From the NCBI GenBank assembly GCA_018400815.1, contig JAGYLS010000047.1:1-13368 (forward strand): a stretch of 13,368 nucleotides of DNA. Reading direction: 5' to 3'. This document shows, piece by piece, positions 6,488 through 13,368 of this stretch; within the stretch, counting starts at the first letter, position 1; each line of letters begins with the position of its first letter. This stretch comes from Candidatus Oleincola secundus. Lineage in GTDB: Bacteria; Atribacterota; Phoenicimicrobiia; Phoenicimicrobiales; Stramentimicrobiaceae. The notes beneath the pieces were generated by a model that worked only from the letters and a program-made list of their open reading frames with translations, was not told where the DNA came from and ran no database searches. The position numbers and the translations under genes were made by a program.

Positions 6488-7627
6488 ATGAAAAAAAATA
6501 TTGAAGAATTTGTTAGCAAAAAGATAGATAAAGGATTGTATCCCGGGTGTCAGGTATTAATTGGCCAACACGGAGATATAACATTAAATCTGTCTGTTGG
6601 TTCTATGTTAAAGGATTCTAGCAACCCTATAGACAGAGTAAATGAAAATACACTGTTTAACATAGAATCAATTACTAAGGTAATGGTGACCCTTCCCCTG
6701 GTATTCAAATTAGTTGAACAGGGGAAGGTGCATCTTGATGATAAGATAGTAAGCTATATTCCGGAGTTTGGAACTAACCGGGAAAAAGAGAAAATTACCA
6801 TAAGAAATCTCTTGAATTTTACCGGGGGAATTTCTTTGGATGACCCTGTAGGTTGTGAGGAAGCTGCGTCAAAGGGAGATTTAGAAAAAGCATGGGCTTT
6901 GCATTACAATCAAGAATTAGCTTATCAACCGGGGACTAAAGTTTTTTACAGTGATGTTTCCTGCCGGATTTTGGGAAAATTAATGGAGCGGGTTATGGGG
7001 CAGTCTTTGTCTTTGGCAGCCAAAGAATGGATTTTTGACCCACTGGGCATGAAAAATACTATGTTTACCCCTCAGGAGAAAGAAAATTGTGCAGCTACTG
7101 GAGAATCAGACAATGGCCGCTTATTAAGAGGGGAACTTACCCAGGATTTAGAACATTATTTAGGTGAAGTTCTGGGGTCTGATGGACTTTTTTCTACTGC
7201 TGAAGATATGTTTCTTTTTTCCCAAATGATTTTGAATAAAGGCGCTTATAATGGTAAAAAAATCTTAGGTGAAATTACTGTAAATAAAATGACTGAAGGG
7301 ATTACTAATTCTAGTTTATACGAATCTCCCACTTCCTATCTTCACTATATTTTAAGTGGTCCCAAGACCTGGTTCTGGGAATATGCTTTTTCTAATTACT
7401 CGTTTTTTGGAGATTTAGTTTCCAAGAAAGCTATTGGAAAAATGGGGGGAGCAGGAACTTTTCTTTTCATTGATCCTGAATATGACCTTATTATTGTTTA
7501 TCTTACTAATTATGGACAACCTGAGCGTACTTTAGAAGGAGAAGAAGGTTGGAATAAATTCTTAAAAGAGATTGATGTAATGGGTTTATGTAATATTGTT
7601 TTAGGGGATATGATAAAATCAGCTTAA
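6488..7627 (+). CDS. Beta-lactamase-related (class C/EstB-like) serine hydrolase, no signal peptide
   Basis: S61-I-T-K64 (SxxK), LDD....YIPEF, ITIRNLL..T.G, PG....YSD, IFDPLGMKNT.F, GLFSTAEDM..F.QMILN.G, GKMGGAGT..FIDPE.DL.IV.LTN. Starts 22 bp after the transporter, RBS AGGAG. Confidence 0.9.
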   Translation: MKKNIEEFVSKKIDKGLYPGCQVLIGQHGDITLNLSVGSMLKDSSNPIDRVNENTLFNIESITKVMVTLPLVFKLVEQGKVHLDDKIVSYIPEFGTNREKEKITIRNLLNFTGGISLDDPVGCEEAASKGDLEKAWALHYNQELAYQPGTKVFYSDVSCRILGKLMERVMGQSLSLAAKEWIFDPLGMKNTMFTPQEKENCAATGESDNGRLLRGELTQDLEHYLGEVLGSDGLFSTAEDMFLFSQMILNKGAYNGKKILGEITVNKMTEGITNSSLYESPTSYLHYILSGPKTWFWEYAFSNYSFFGDLVSKKAIGKMGGAGTFLFIDPEYDLIIVYLTNYGQPERTLEGEEGWNKFLKEIDVMGLCNIVLGDMIKSA

Positions 7628-7729
7628 ATCCCTGGGTATGATTAATTTATTTGCCGGGATAAGAAGCTAAAAACAAATGAACAATTTTACTTTCCTGTTC
7701 AAAAAATTGTAAAAAGGGAAAAATATAGT

Positions 7730-8545
7730 ATGAAATTAAAACAAAATCTGGCAATTATCGGTGTAGGAAAAATGGGGGATACCCTCATAAGCAGTCTTAT
7801 CAAAAATAAAGTTGTTGAACCGGAGCAAATTTTTGGAACAACCTCCCGGGAAGAAACTGCCTTAAAGATTAGAAAAAAGCATCAAATACATACTGGAACA
7901 GACAATATACAAGCAGTATCCAAAAGTGATATCATTATTTTAGCGGTTAAGCCACAGATGATAAAAAAGGTATTAGCACAGATTTTGCCGGAATTAAATG
8001 AAGAAAAAATCATAATATCTATTGCAGCAGCCACGAGTAGCAGTTTTATTGAGGAACAATTAAATAAATCTATACCGGTTATTCGAGCGATGCCCAATAC
8101 AGCTTCATTGGTTAACGAAGGCATGACTGTACTATGTCCCGGAAAATTTGTTGATGAAGAACATCTTAAATTAGCCTTAAAAATATTTAAATCAATTGGA
8201 GAAGTAGAAATAATTCACAGAGAAGAACTTATGGATGTTGTTACTGCTCTTTCCGGAAGTGGTCCGGCTTATAGTTATATGATGATAGAATCCCTTACTG
8301 ACGGAGGTGTAAGAATGGGCTTGCCCAGAGAATTAGCTCGCAAATTGGCTGCTCAATCTGTTTTGGGAGGAGCAAAGATGATTTTAGAAACCGGATTACA
8401 CCCTGCCTTATTAAAAGATGAGGTTACTACGCCGGCAGGAGTAACTATAGACGGATTAATGGAGCTGGAAGACGGAGGATTCAGAGTGGCGTTAATAAAA
8501 GCGATTGACAGAGCTACTCAAAAATCCAGGCAGATTTCCAAATAA
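7730..8545 (+). CDS. proC: Pyrroline-5-carboxylate reductase
   Basis: IIGVGKMG Rossmann motif, ILAVKPQ, ISIAA, IRAMPNT, TALSGSGPAY, HPALLKDEVTTPAGVTI.GL. Confidence 0.96.
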   Translation: MKLKQNLAIIGVGKMGDTLISSLIKNKVVEPEQIFGTTSREETALKIRKKHQIHTGTDNIQAVSKSDIIILAVKPQMIKKVLAQILPELNEEKIIISIAAATSSSFIEEQLNKSIPVIRAMPNTASLVNEGMTVLCPGKFVDEEHLKLALKIFKSIGEVEIIHREELMDVVTALSGSGPAYSYMMIESLTDGGVRMGLPRELARKLAAQSVLGGAKMILETGLHPALLKDEVTTPAGVTIDGLMELEDGGFRVALIKAIDRATQKSRQISK

Positions 8546-8573
8546 TTGATTTCTGCATCAAATTCCTTATAAT
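8546..8573 (+). promoter_or_regulatory. Possible sigma70 promoter for the aminotransferase
   Basis: TTGATT (8546-8551), 16-bp spacer, TATAAT (8568-8573). Confidence 0.45.
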
Positions 8574-8619
8574 ATTTAAATAGATATAGTAAAATAGAAC
8601 AAATCAGGAGGTATCGAAT

Positions 8620-9807
8620 ATGCAGATTGCCAATCGCATGAAACGCCTGGGCACAGAAACAGCCTTTGAAGTATTGGCCGAGGTTAACAAGTTAAAGGCT
8701 AAGGGAAAAGATATTATTAGTTTTGCCATCGGAGAACCGGATTTTGACACCCCCCTTAATATTATTGAAGCAGGCTCAAAGGCACTTCATGAGGGTTATA
8801 CCCATTATGGTCCTTCAGCAGGACTTATGCCTTTTCGGGAAAGTATTGCCCGTTATATATCCCGAACCCGTGGCATTGAAGTCAATCCCGAAGAAGTTGT
8901 AGTTACACCGGGTGCAAAACCTATTATTTTTTATAGCATATTGTCCTGTATCAATGAAGGAGATGAAGTTATTTACCCTAATCCGGGTTTTCCAATTTAC
9001 GAATCGGTTATTAATTTTATTGGTGCAAAGGCAGTTCCGCTACCCCTACTGGAGGAAAAAGATTTTCGGTTTGATATTGATATGCTGAAAGATAAAATAA
9101 CTGATAAAACAAAACTAATCATCATCAATTCTCCCCAGAATCCGACCGGCGGAATATTGACCCAGTCAGATTTAAAGGCAATAGCAGATTTAGCAATTGA
9201 AAATGATATTTGGGTTTTTTCGGATGAGATTTACTGTAATATGGTCTACGATGGTGAATTTCAAAGTATTATATCTATACCCGGCATGAAAGAAAGAACT
9301 ATATTATTGGATGGTTTTTCCAAAACCTATGCCATGACTGGTTGGCGCTTGGGTTTTGGCGTAATGAATACTGAACTGGCAGCACATTTTACCAGATTGG
9401 CAACTAATTCAGTTTCCTGTACCGCGAGCTTTGTACAAATGGCAGGTATTGAGGCTTTGGAAGGACCACAAGAAGAATCTGTGAAGATGATTAATGAATT
9501 CCATTCCAGGAGAGATATTATTGTTGAGGCATTGAATAATATTAATGGTATTTCTTGCAAAAACCCCGGTGGGGCATTTTATGTCTTTCCTAATGTAACT
9601 GAAGCATGCCGTAATTTAAATCTAAAGAACTCTAAGGAACTACAACAATATTTATTGTATGAAGCTGGTGTAGCAGTACTGGCAAGAACCTGTTTTGGTA
9701 GCAAAAATCAGGAAGAGAGTCAGGAATACATCAGGCTTTCTTATGCTACCTCTCGGGAAAATATTTTAGAGGGCGTAAAAAGGATTAAGGAAGCAGTGGA
9801 GAAATAA
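8620..9807 (+). CDS. PLP-dependent aminotransferase class I/II (aspartate aminotransferase-like)
   Basis: GEPDFDTP, THY.PSAG, VTPGAK, NSPQNPTG, SDEIY, GFSKTYAMTGWRLG (PLP lysine), P.GAFY.FP, IRLSYA. RBS AGGAGG. Confidence 0.95.
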   Translation: MQIANRMKRLGTETAFEVLAEVNKLKAKGKDIISFAIGEPDFDTPLNIIEAGSKALHEGYTHYGPSAGLMPFRESIARYISRTRGIEVNPEEVVVTPGAKPIIFYSILSCINEGDEVIYPNPGFPIYESVINFIGAKAVPLPLLEEKDFRFDIDMLKDKITDKTKLIIINSPQNPTGGILTQSDLKAIADLAIENDIWVFSDEIYCNMVYDGEFQSIISIPGMKERTILLDGFSKTYAMTGWRLGFGVMNTELAAHFTRLATNSVSCTASFVQMAGIEALEGPQEESVKMINEFHSRRDIIVEALNNINGISCKNPGGAFYVFPNVTEACRNLNLKNSKELQQYLLYEAGVAVLARTCFGSKNQEESQEYIRLSYATSRENILEGVKRIKEAVEK

Positions 9808-9854
9808 GAAGCGAGTTTGTTATTATTGGGTAAGAGAGATAATAAGACAGTTTT

Positions 9855-11138
9855 ATGAAACAGATAAGTAGGCCACCATTCATTATATGTCCACGTTGTG
9901 GTGAAAAGAGTTTTGGGATTAGTGAGATATTACCTGGTTATTATCTGAGAAAATGCAATAAATGTTTTTATCCGGATTCCCAGCGTAATGAGCCGGAAGT
10001 TAATTATATATTGCCTAATCTTTCTAAAAGGATTATCTATATTGATCAATTTGCTCTCAGCTATATGGTAAGAGCACTTCATCCTAATATGAAAGCTACG
10101 GGAAACAATGATGCAGATAACTTCTGGCTACGCTTATACCAAAAGCTTGATAGACTTGTCAAAATGCAGATTATTATTTGTCCCCAATCCAGTTTTCATC
10201 TTCAGGAGTCAGTAGTCTCTAATTTTTTTGAACCTCTGGAAAGAATGTACCATTTATTATCAAGAGGTTCAAAATTTGTCGATCAGTATCGGATAAAAAG
10301 GGTTCAAGTTGAGAATTCTGTTAGAAATTGGATTCGTGGTTTATCAAAAAAACCAACAATTAATTCTTTGGAAACAGTTGTTGACAGAAATATCAATATC
10401 TGGCTCCCCCGGGAGGTCAAATTATATCTCTCTCAATATCCACAAACCTATGAAGAAGAATTAAGAAAATCAAGAGAAAGAATTCATCAACAATGGCTCA
10501 AGGAATTTTATATCTGGAAAAAGTATTCGGATGCTAAATTTGAACAATGGGTAGAGGATTTTTATTTATCTTTAGTAAAAGAGATTTTGCATGCTTATCC
10601 TGATTGCCTAAGACATATTATTAAGTTTCCCGCACAGCAAATTCATGAGATTAGGCTTTGTCAATTTTTGTTTGAATCAATGGATCCTATACAGTTAATA
10701 CATTCAATACTCCAGGAAGAAGGAATAGCCTATAATGATTTATGGATGAATAGCTGGCAGTATCTTCAGTCCGAATCCTTCAGACAGATACCTTTTATAA
10801 AATTATATGCTCTTTTTTATGCCTATTTTGCTCGAAAGGCTGGTTCTGGACAGAAGAAGCCTCCTGATCGTGGTATGACTAATGATTTAAATATCCTCTC
10901 TTTGTTATTACCTTATTGTGATGCCATGTTTGTTGATAATCAATGTCGTGCCTGTCTGGAAGAAAAGGATGTACAGGATAATATTAATTTTTCTCCCCGG
11001 GTTTTTTCTCTGACTAGCAAAGAAGATTTTTTAGCATATTTGGAACAGTTAGAAGCAAATTTTCCATCAAAATATCGAAAAAAAGTAGAAGAGTTATACG
11101 GGATAGAATGGATAAACACACCCACCCGGCTTTATTAG
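9855..11138 (+). CDS. Hypothetical protein with N-terminal Zn ribbon and PIN-like motifs
   Basis: 427-aa ORF. C12-PR-C15 and C34-NK-C37; IIYID64QFAL; S.FH.QES; C-terminal DRGMTNDLNIL..LLPYCDAMFVDN. The RBS is weak. Confidence 0.65.
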   Translation: MKQISRPPFIICPRCGEKSFGISEILPGYYLRKCNKCFYPDSQRNEPEVNYILPNLSKRIIYIDQFALSYMVRALHPNMKATGNNDADNFWLRLYQKLDRLVKMQIIICPQSSFHLQESVVSNFFEPLERMYHLLSRGSKFVDQYRIKRVQVENSVRNWIRGLSKKPTINSLETVVDRNINIWLPREVKLYLSQYPQTYEEELRKSRERIHQQWLKEFYIWKKYSDAKFEQWVEDFYLSLVKEILHAYPDCLRHIIKFPAQQIHEIRLCQFLFESMDPIQLIHSILQEEGIAYNDLWMNSWQYLQSESFRQIPFIKLYALFYAYFARKAGSGQKKPPDRGMTNDLNILSLLLPYCDAMFVDNQCRACLEEKDVQDNINFSPRVFSLTSKEDFLAYLEQLEANFPSKYRKKVEELYGIEWINTPTRLY

Positions 11139-11160
11139 AATGAAGTTAAAGAATGATAGC

Positions 11161-11799
11161 TTATTGAAATCCCTGGTCAAAAAGAACACAGAATAACATT
11201 CCTTCTTTAAAATTAATTTCCAGCTTGTCATCAATGATGACATTACTGATACTGTAATCTGTAATTAATAAATTTTTCTTTGAAAAATGATATTGAGCCC
11301 CTGCCATGGTAAATTGTTTAATTGTACTTAGCGGAAATAGCGAGAATCTTCTACCTTTCATTTTAAGTAAGGCCATCTTCCCGGTAACAGGGAAAATAAC
11401 AGAATTAGAGGTAATAATCTCCATTTTAATATCTGGTTGATAATTACGAAAAAGATTAATTATGCTAGCATAACTGTGGTCAAAATAATTACCGGTCATA
11501 GCCAACAATAAGATTTCTTTTGGGTTCATAGTAATCGCTTTTTGAATACACAGTTCTGAATCAGTGAAATCCTTCTTTACGGGATGCTTATCTATCGGTA
11601 TTTGATGGTAATATTGCAACAATGTTGGTGAAACGCTATCGAGATCTCCGATAATGAGATTAGGTGTTATGTCAAAACGATGAAGTAATGATAATCCGTT
11701 ATCAGCAGCAATGATATAATCAGATTTTTGGCAAAAACTAATTATTTTTTCTTTTTGCCAGTTTTCTCCGTTTCCGACAATTGCAATTTTTTGTGGCAA
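11161..11799 (-). CDS. thiN: Thiamine pyrophosphokinase (thiamine diphosphokinase)
   Basis: IVGNG, IIAADNG, PNLIIGDLDSV, P.KKDFTDSEL, TG..FDH, FSLFPL, ISN. TTG start. Confidence 0.92.
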   Translation of the reverse strand: MPQKIAIVGNGENWQKEKIISFCQKSDYIIAADNGLSLLHRFDITPNLIIGDLDSVSPTLLQYYHQIPIDKHPVKKDFTDSELCIQKAITMNPKEILLLAMTGNYFDHSYASIINLFRNYQPDIKMEIITSNSVIFPVTGKMALLKMKGRRFSLFPLSTIKQFTMAGAQYHFSKKNLLITDYSISNVIIDDKLEINFKEGMLFCVLFDQGFQ

Positions 11800-11899
11800 T
11801 TCTCTTATTTAACCCCTTTTAATCAGTTTTTCTGCTTCAATCATAGTACATATGGTTATCTTTTTCAAATAAATTGAGCTAGGCTTAGTCCAGCTTTTC

Positions 11900-11927
11900 T
11901 TTACAAAAAAAGCAATAGTGGTATAAT
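11900..11927 (+). promoter_or_regulatory. Sigma70 promoter for the TPP riboswitch operon
   Basis: TTTACA (11900-11905), 16-bp spacer, TATAAT (11922-11927), with an extended -10 TG at 11919-11920. Confidence 0.7.
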
Positions 11928-11959
11928 ATAATTAAATTGTATAAAAGAAAAAATAAGGA

Positions 11960-12045
11960 GTTACTGGGGGAGCTACGTGCTGAGAGAAAGCATTTTGCTT
12001 TGACCCCTTAACCTGACCTAGGTAATTCTAGCGGAGGGAAGTAAC
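11960..12045 (+). ncRNA. TPP riboswitch (THI element)
   Basis: P1 GUUACU/AGUAAC; GGGG...GCUGAGA; hairpin AAAGC/GCUUU; GACCC; ACCUGA; CUAG-GUAAUU-CUAG; CGGAGGGA. Flanked by thiN and thiamine transport genes. Confidence 0.95.
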
Positions 12046-12067
12046 CGTAAAATAAACGGTAAGACCT

Positions 12068-12105
12068 AATGCCATTGCCTTTGTTCAGGTAATGGCATTT
12101 TTTTT
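12068..12105 (+). terminator. Intrinsic terminator, expression platform of the TPP riboswitch
   Basis: AATGCCATTGCCT (12068-12080) pairs with AGGTAATGGCATT (12087-12099). The U-run extends to 12105, immediately before the RBS GGAGG (12106-12110). Confidence 0.9.
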
Positions 12106-12115
12106 GGAGGTAAAA

Positions 12116-12406
12116 ATGGCAAAAATTACACTCGGTTTACAGGTATTACCCTATGTTCCGGAGGAAAAACTATATCGTGTTGTTGATCAGGTAATTGCTT
12201 ACATTGATTCTTGTGGAATCAAATATGAAGTTGGTCCCATGGAAACAACCATGGAAGGGGAGTTGGATGATTTGCTGGTTATTGTAAAAAAGGCTCAGGA
12301 AATTTGTATTGAACAGGGAGCATCCCGGGTGGTTTCCCTGGTAAAGATAGATTACAAAAAGACAGGTGTTACTATTGATGAGAAAGTGGGAAAGTATAAG
12401 AGATAA
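12116..12406 (+). CDS. Thiamine-binding protein (MTH1187/DUF77 family)
   Basis: MAKITLGLQVLP..., VD.VI..I..CG.KYEVGPMETT.EG..D.L, GA.RV...VKIDY, TI.EKV.KY. The start is placed at ATG 12116, after the RBS GGAGG. The ATG at 12092 lies inside the terminator stem. Confidence 0.92.
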   Translation: MAKITLGLQVLPYVPEEKLYRVVDQVIAYIDSCGIKYEVGPMETTMEGELDDLLVIVKKAQEICIEQGASRVVSLVKIDYKKTGVTIDEKVGKYKR

Positions 12407-13142
12407 AGCTATCCCGGTATTGTTTATTATCCTGGTTATTCTAATATGGCAATTGATTGTAGATTCAGGCATAATTGCCCGTTATATCCTACCGTCACCC
12501 TGGGATGTGATAACGGTATGCATTGCTATTCTCCCGGAGATAACAGTGCATATCTATACTACCTTACAAGAGGCATTAACCGGTTTGTTAATTGCCATTA
12601 CTTTATCAGTTTTGCTGGCTATTTTAATGGATAATTTTACTGTTGTTAAAAAAGCATTACAGCCTTTACTGGTCGTTTCCCAAACCATTCCCATTATGGT
12701 GCTGGCTCCCCTATTTGTTATGTGGTTCGGGTTTGGAATGCTTCCAAAGGTCATGGTGGTTATCCTGGTTTGTTTTTTTCCTATTGTAGTGAGTCTTTTA
12801 GAAGGGTTGGGCTCACTTGATAAAGATTTATTAAACTTAATGAAATCGATGAAAGCAAATCGCTGGCAAATTTTTTATCTGGCTAAATTCCCGGCTTCTT
12901 TGGGAAGTTTTTTTTCAGGGCTGAAAATTGCAGCGACCTATAGTATTATCGGGGCGGTTATCGGTGAATGGATGGGTGGTAAAGCAGGATTAGGTGTTTA
13001 CATGACTCGAGTGAGGCAATCTTTTGCACTTGATAAAGTATTTGCTTCTATCTTGGTCATCATTATTTTAAGTATGCTTTTGTTTAAATTAATTGAATTA
13101 ATTCAGTTACTAGCAATGCCCTGGAAAAGGGCTATAAAATAA
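12378..13142 (+). CDS. ABC transporter permease, SsuC/TauC/ThiX type (thiamine/HMP precursor uptake)
   Basis: YILPSP, QTIP..LAPLF..WFGFG..PKV..V.L.CFFPI, EAA-like loop, FFSGLKIA.TYS.IGAVIGEW.G...GLG. ATG 12378 with RBS AGGTG (12364-12368); overlaps the upstream gene by 29 nt. Confidence 0.92.
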   Translation: MRKWESIRDKAIPVLFIILVILIWQLIVDSGIIARYILPSPWDVITVCIAILPEITVHIYTTLQEALTGLLIAITLSVLLAILMDNFTVVKKALQPLLVVSQTIPIMVLAPLFVMWFGFGMLPKVMVVILVCFFPIVVSLLEGLGSLDKDLLNLMKSMKANRWQIFYLAKFPASLGSFFSGLKIAATYSIIGAVIGEWMGGKAGLGVYMTRVRQSFALDKVFASILVIIILSMLLFKLIELIQLLAMPWKRAIK

Positions 13143-13164
13143 ATTAACAGGGAGGTGAGCAGTT

Positions 13165-13368
13165 ATGCTTTACGTATCAAAAAAATATGCTTTACTTATT
13201 TTGCTAACATTTCTGGTATTGCTTCTTTTTTGTACCCCAATTTATTCTATGGAAGAACAGTCTTTACAGGAAATTACCGTATTACTGGATTGGGTTCCTA
13301 ATACTAACCATACCGGATTGTATGTTGCAATTGAAAAGGGATTTTATAAGCAAGAAGATTTAGAGGTC
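13165..13368 (+). CDS. ABC substrate-binding protein, NMT1/THI5 (ThiY-like), 3'-truncated by window edge
   Basis: Not in the ORF track. RBS GGAGGTG, then [68 protein letters not shown]: a signal peptide followed by the [17 protein letters not shown] family motif. Confidence 0.92.
   Translation, partial: MLYVSKKYALLILLTFLVLLLFCTPIYSMEEQSLQEITVLLDWVPNTNHTGLYVAIEKGFYKQEDLEV

Noticed and set aside
6488..7627. Calling the SxxK protein a beta-lactamase resistance gene
   Set aside because: No signal peptide and non-canonical YSD/KMG motifs; the fold is shared by many esterases and amidases.
7628..7660. Imperfect inverted repeat ATCCCTGG...CCGGGAT after the hydrolase
   Set aside because: Bulged short stem, long loop and no U-tract; not supportable as a terminator.
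1131..8545. Linking AcnX and proC into one hydroxyproline pathway
   Set aside because: They are about 5 kb apart in separate transcription units, and no proline racemase/epimerase or pyrroline-2-carboxylate reductase gene is present.
7882..11125. Minus-strand ORFs 7882-8124, 9327-9560 and 10940-11125
   Set aside because: Antisense shadows within proC, the aminotransferase and the 427-aa ORF.
11809..11844. 11-codon ORF MIEAEKLIKRG* in frame just upstream of thiN (minus strand)
   Set aside because: No RBS. ThiN homology begins right after TTG 11799, so neither read-through nor a leader peptide is needed.
12170..12754. ORFs 12170-12472 (-), 12446-12634 (+) and 12554-12754 (-)
   Set aside because: Shadow or alternative-frame ORFs overlapping the thiamine-binding protein and permease genes.
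1..13368. CRISPR arrays, IS elements, integrases, tRNA/rRNA
   Set aside because: No regularly spaced repeats, terminal inverted repeats, transposase/integrase motifs or structural RNA signatures were seen.

Overview
AT-rich bacterial chromosomal window, dense in metabolic genes and cis-regulatory RNAs. In order: (1) the 3' part of an operon encoding an MmgE/PrpD-family protein plus a two-subunit aconitase X (AcnX type II large and small subunits); (2) a THF riboswitch with a clear SD-sequestering platform ahead of a FolT-type ECF S-component; (3) a 5'-less remnant resembling a C-GCAxxG-C-C protein, then a YhhN-like lysoplasmalogenase; (4) a strong sigma70 promoter, a ykkC-class subtype-2-like (ppGpp/PRPP-type) riboswitch and its terminator, ahead of a divergent BrnQ-family transporter and a cytoplasmic SxxK serine hydrolase; (5) proC, a class I/II aminotransferase and a Zn-ribbon + PIN-like hypothetical protein; (6) thiN on the minus strand, divergent from a TPP-riboswitch-controlled thiamine-binding protein / ABC permease / NMT1-THI5-type binding protein operon that runs off the end. 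Best candidates for something new: the ykkC variant, which lacks one G in its specificity-determining G-run and sits above a BrnQ paralog with altered binding-site motifs plus a hydrolase, and the PrpD + AcnX enzyme pair of unknown substrate. No mobile element, CRISPR array, tRNA or rRNA was seen. Family calls and reference RNA sequences are from recall, not from database searches.
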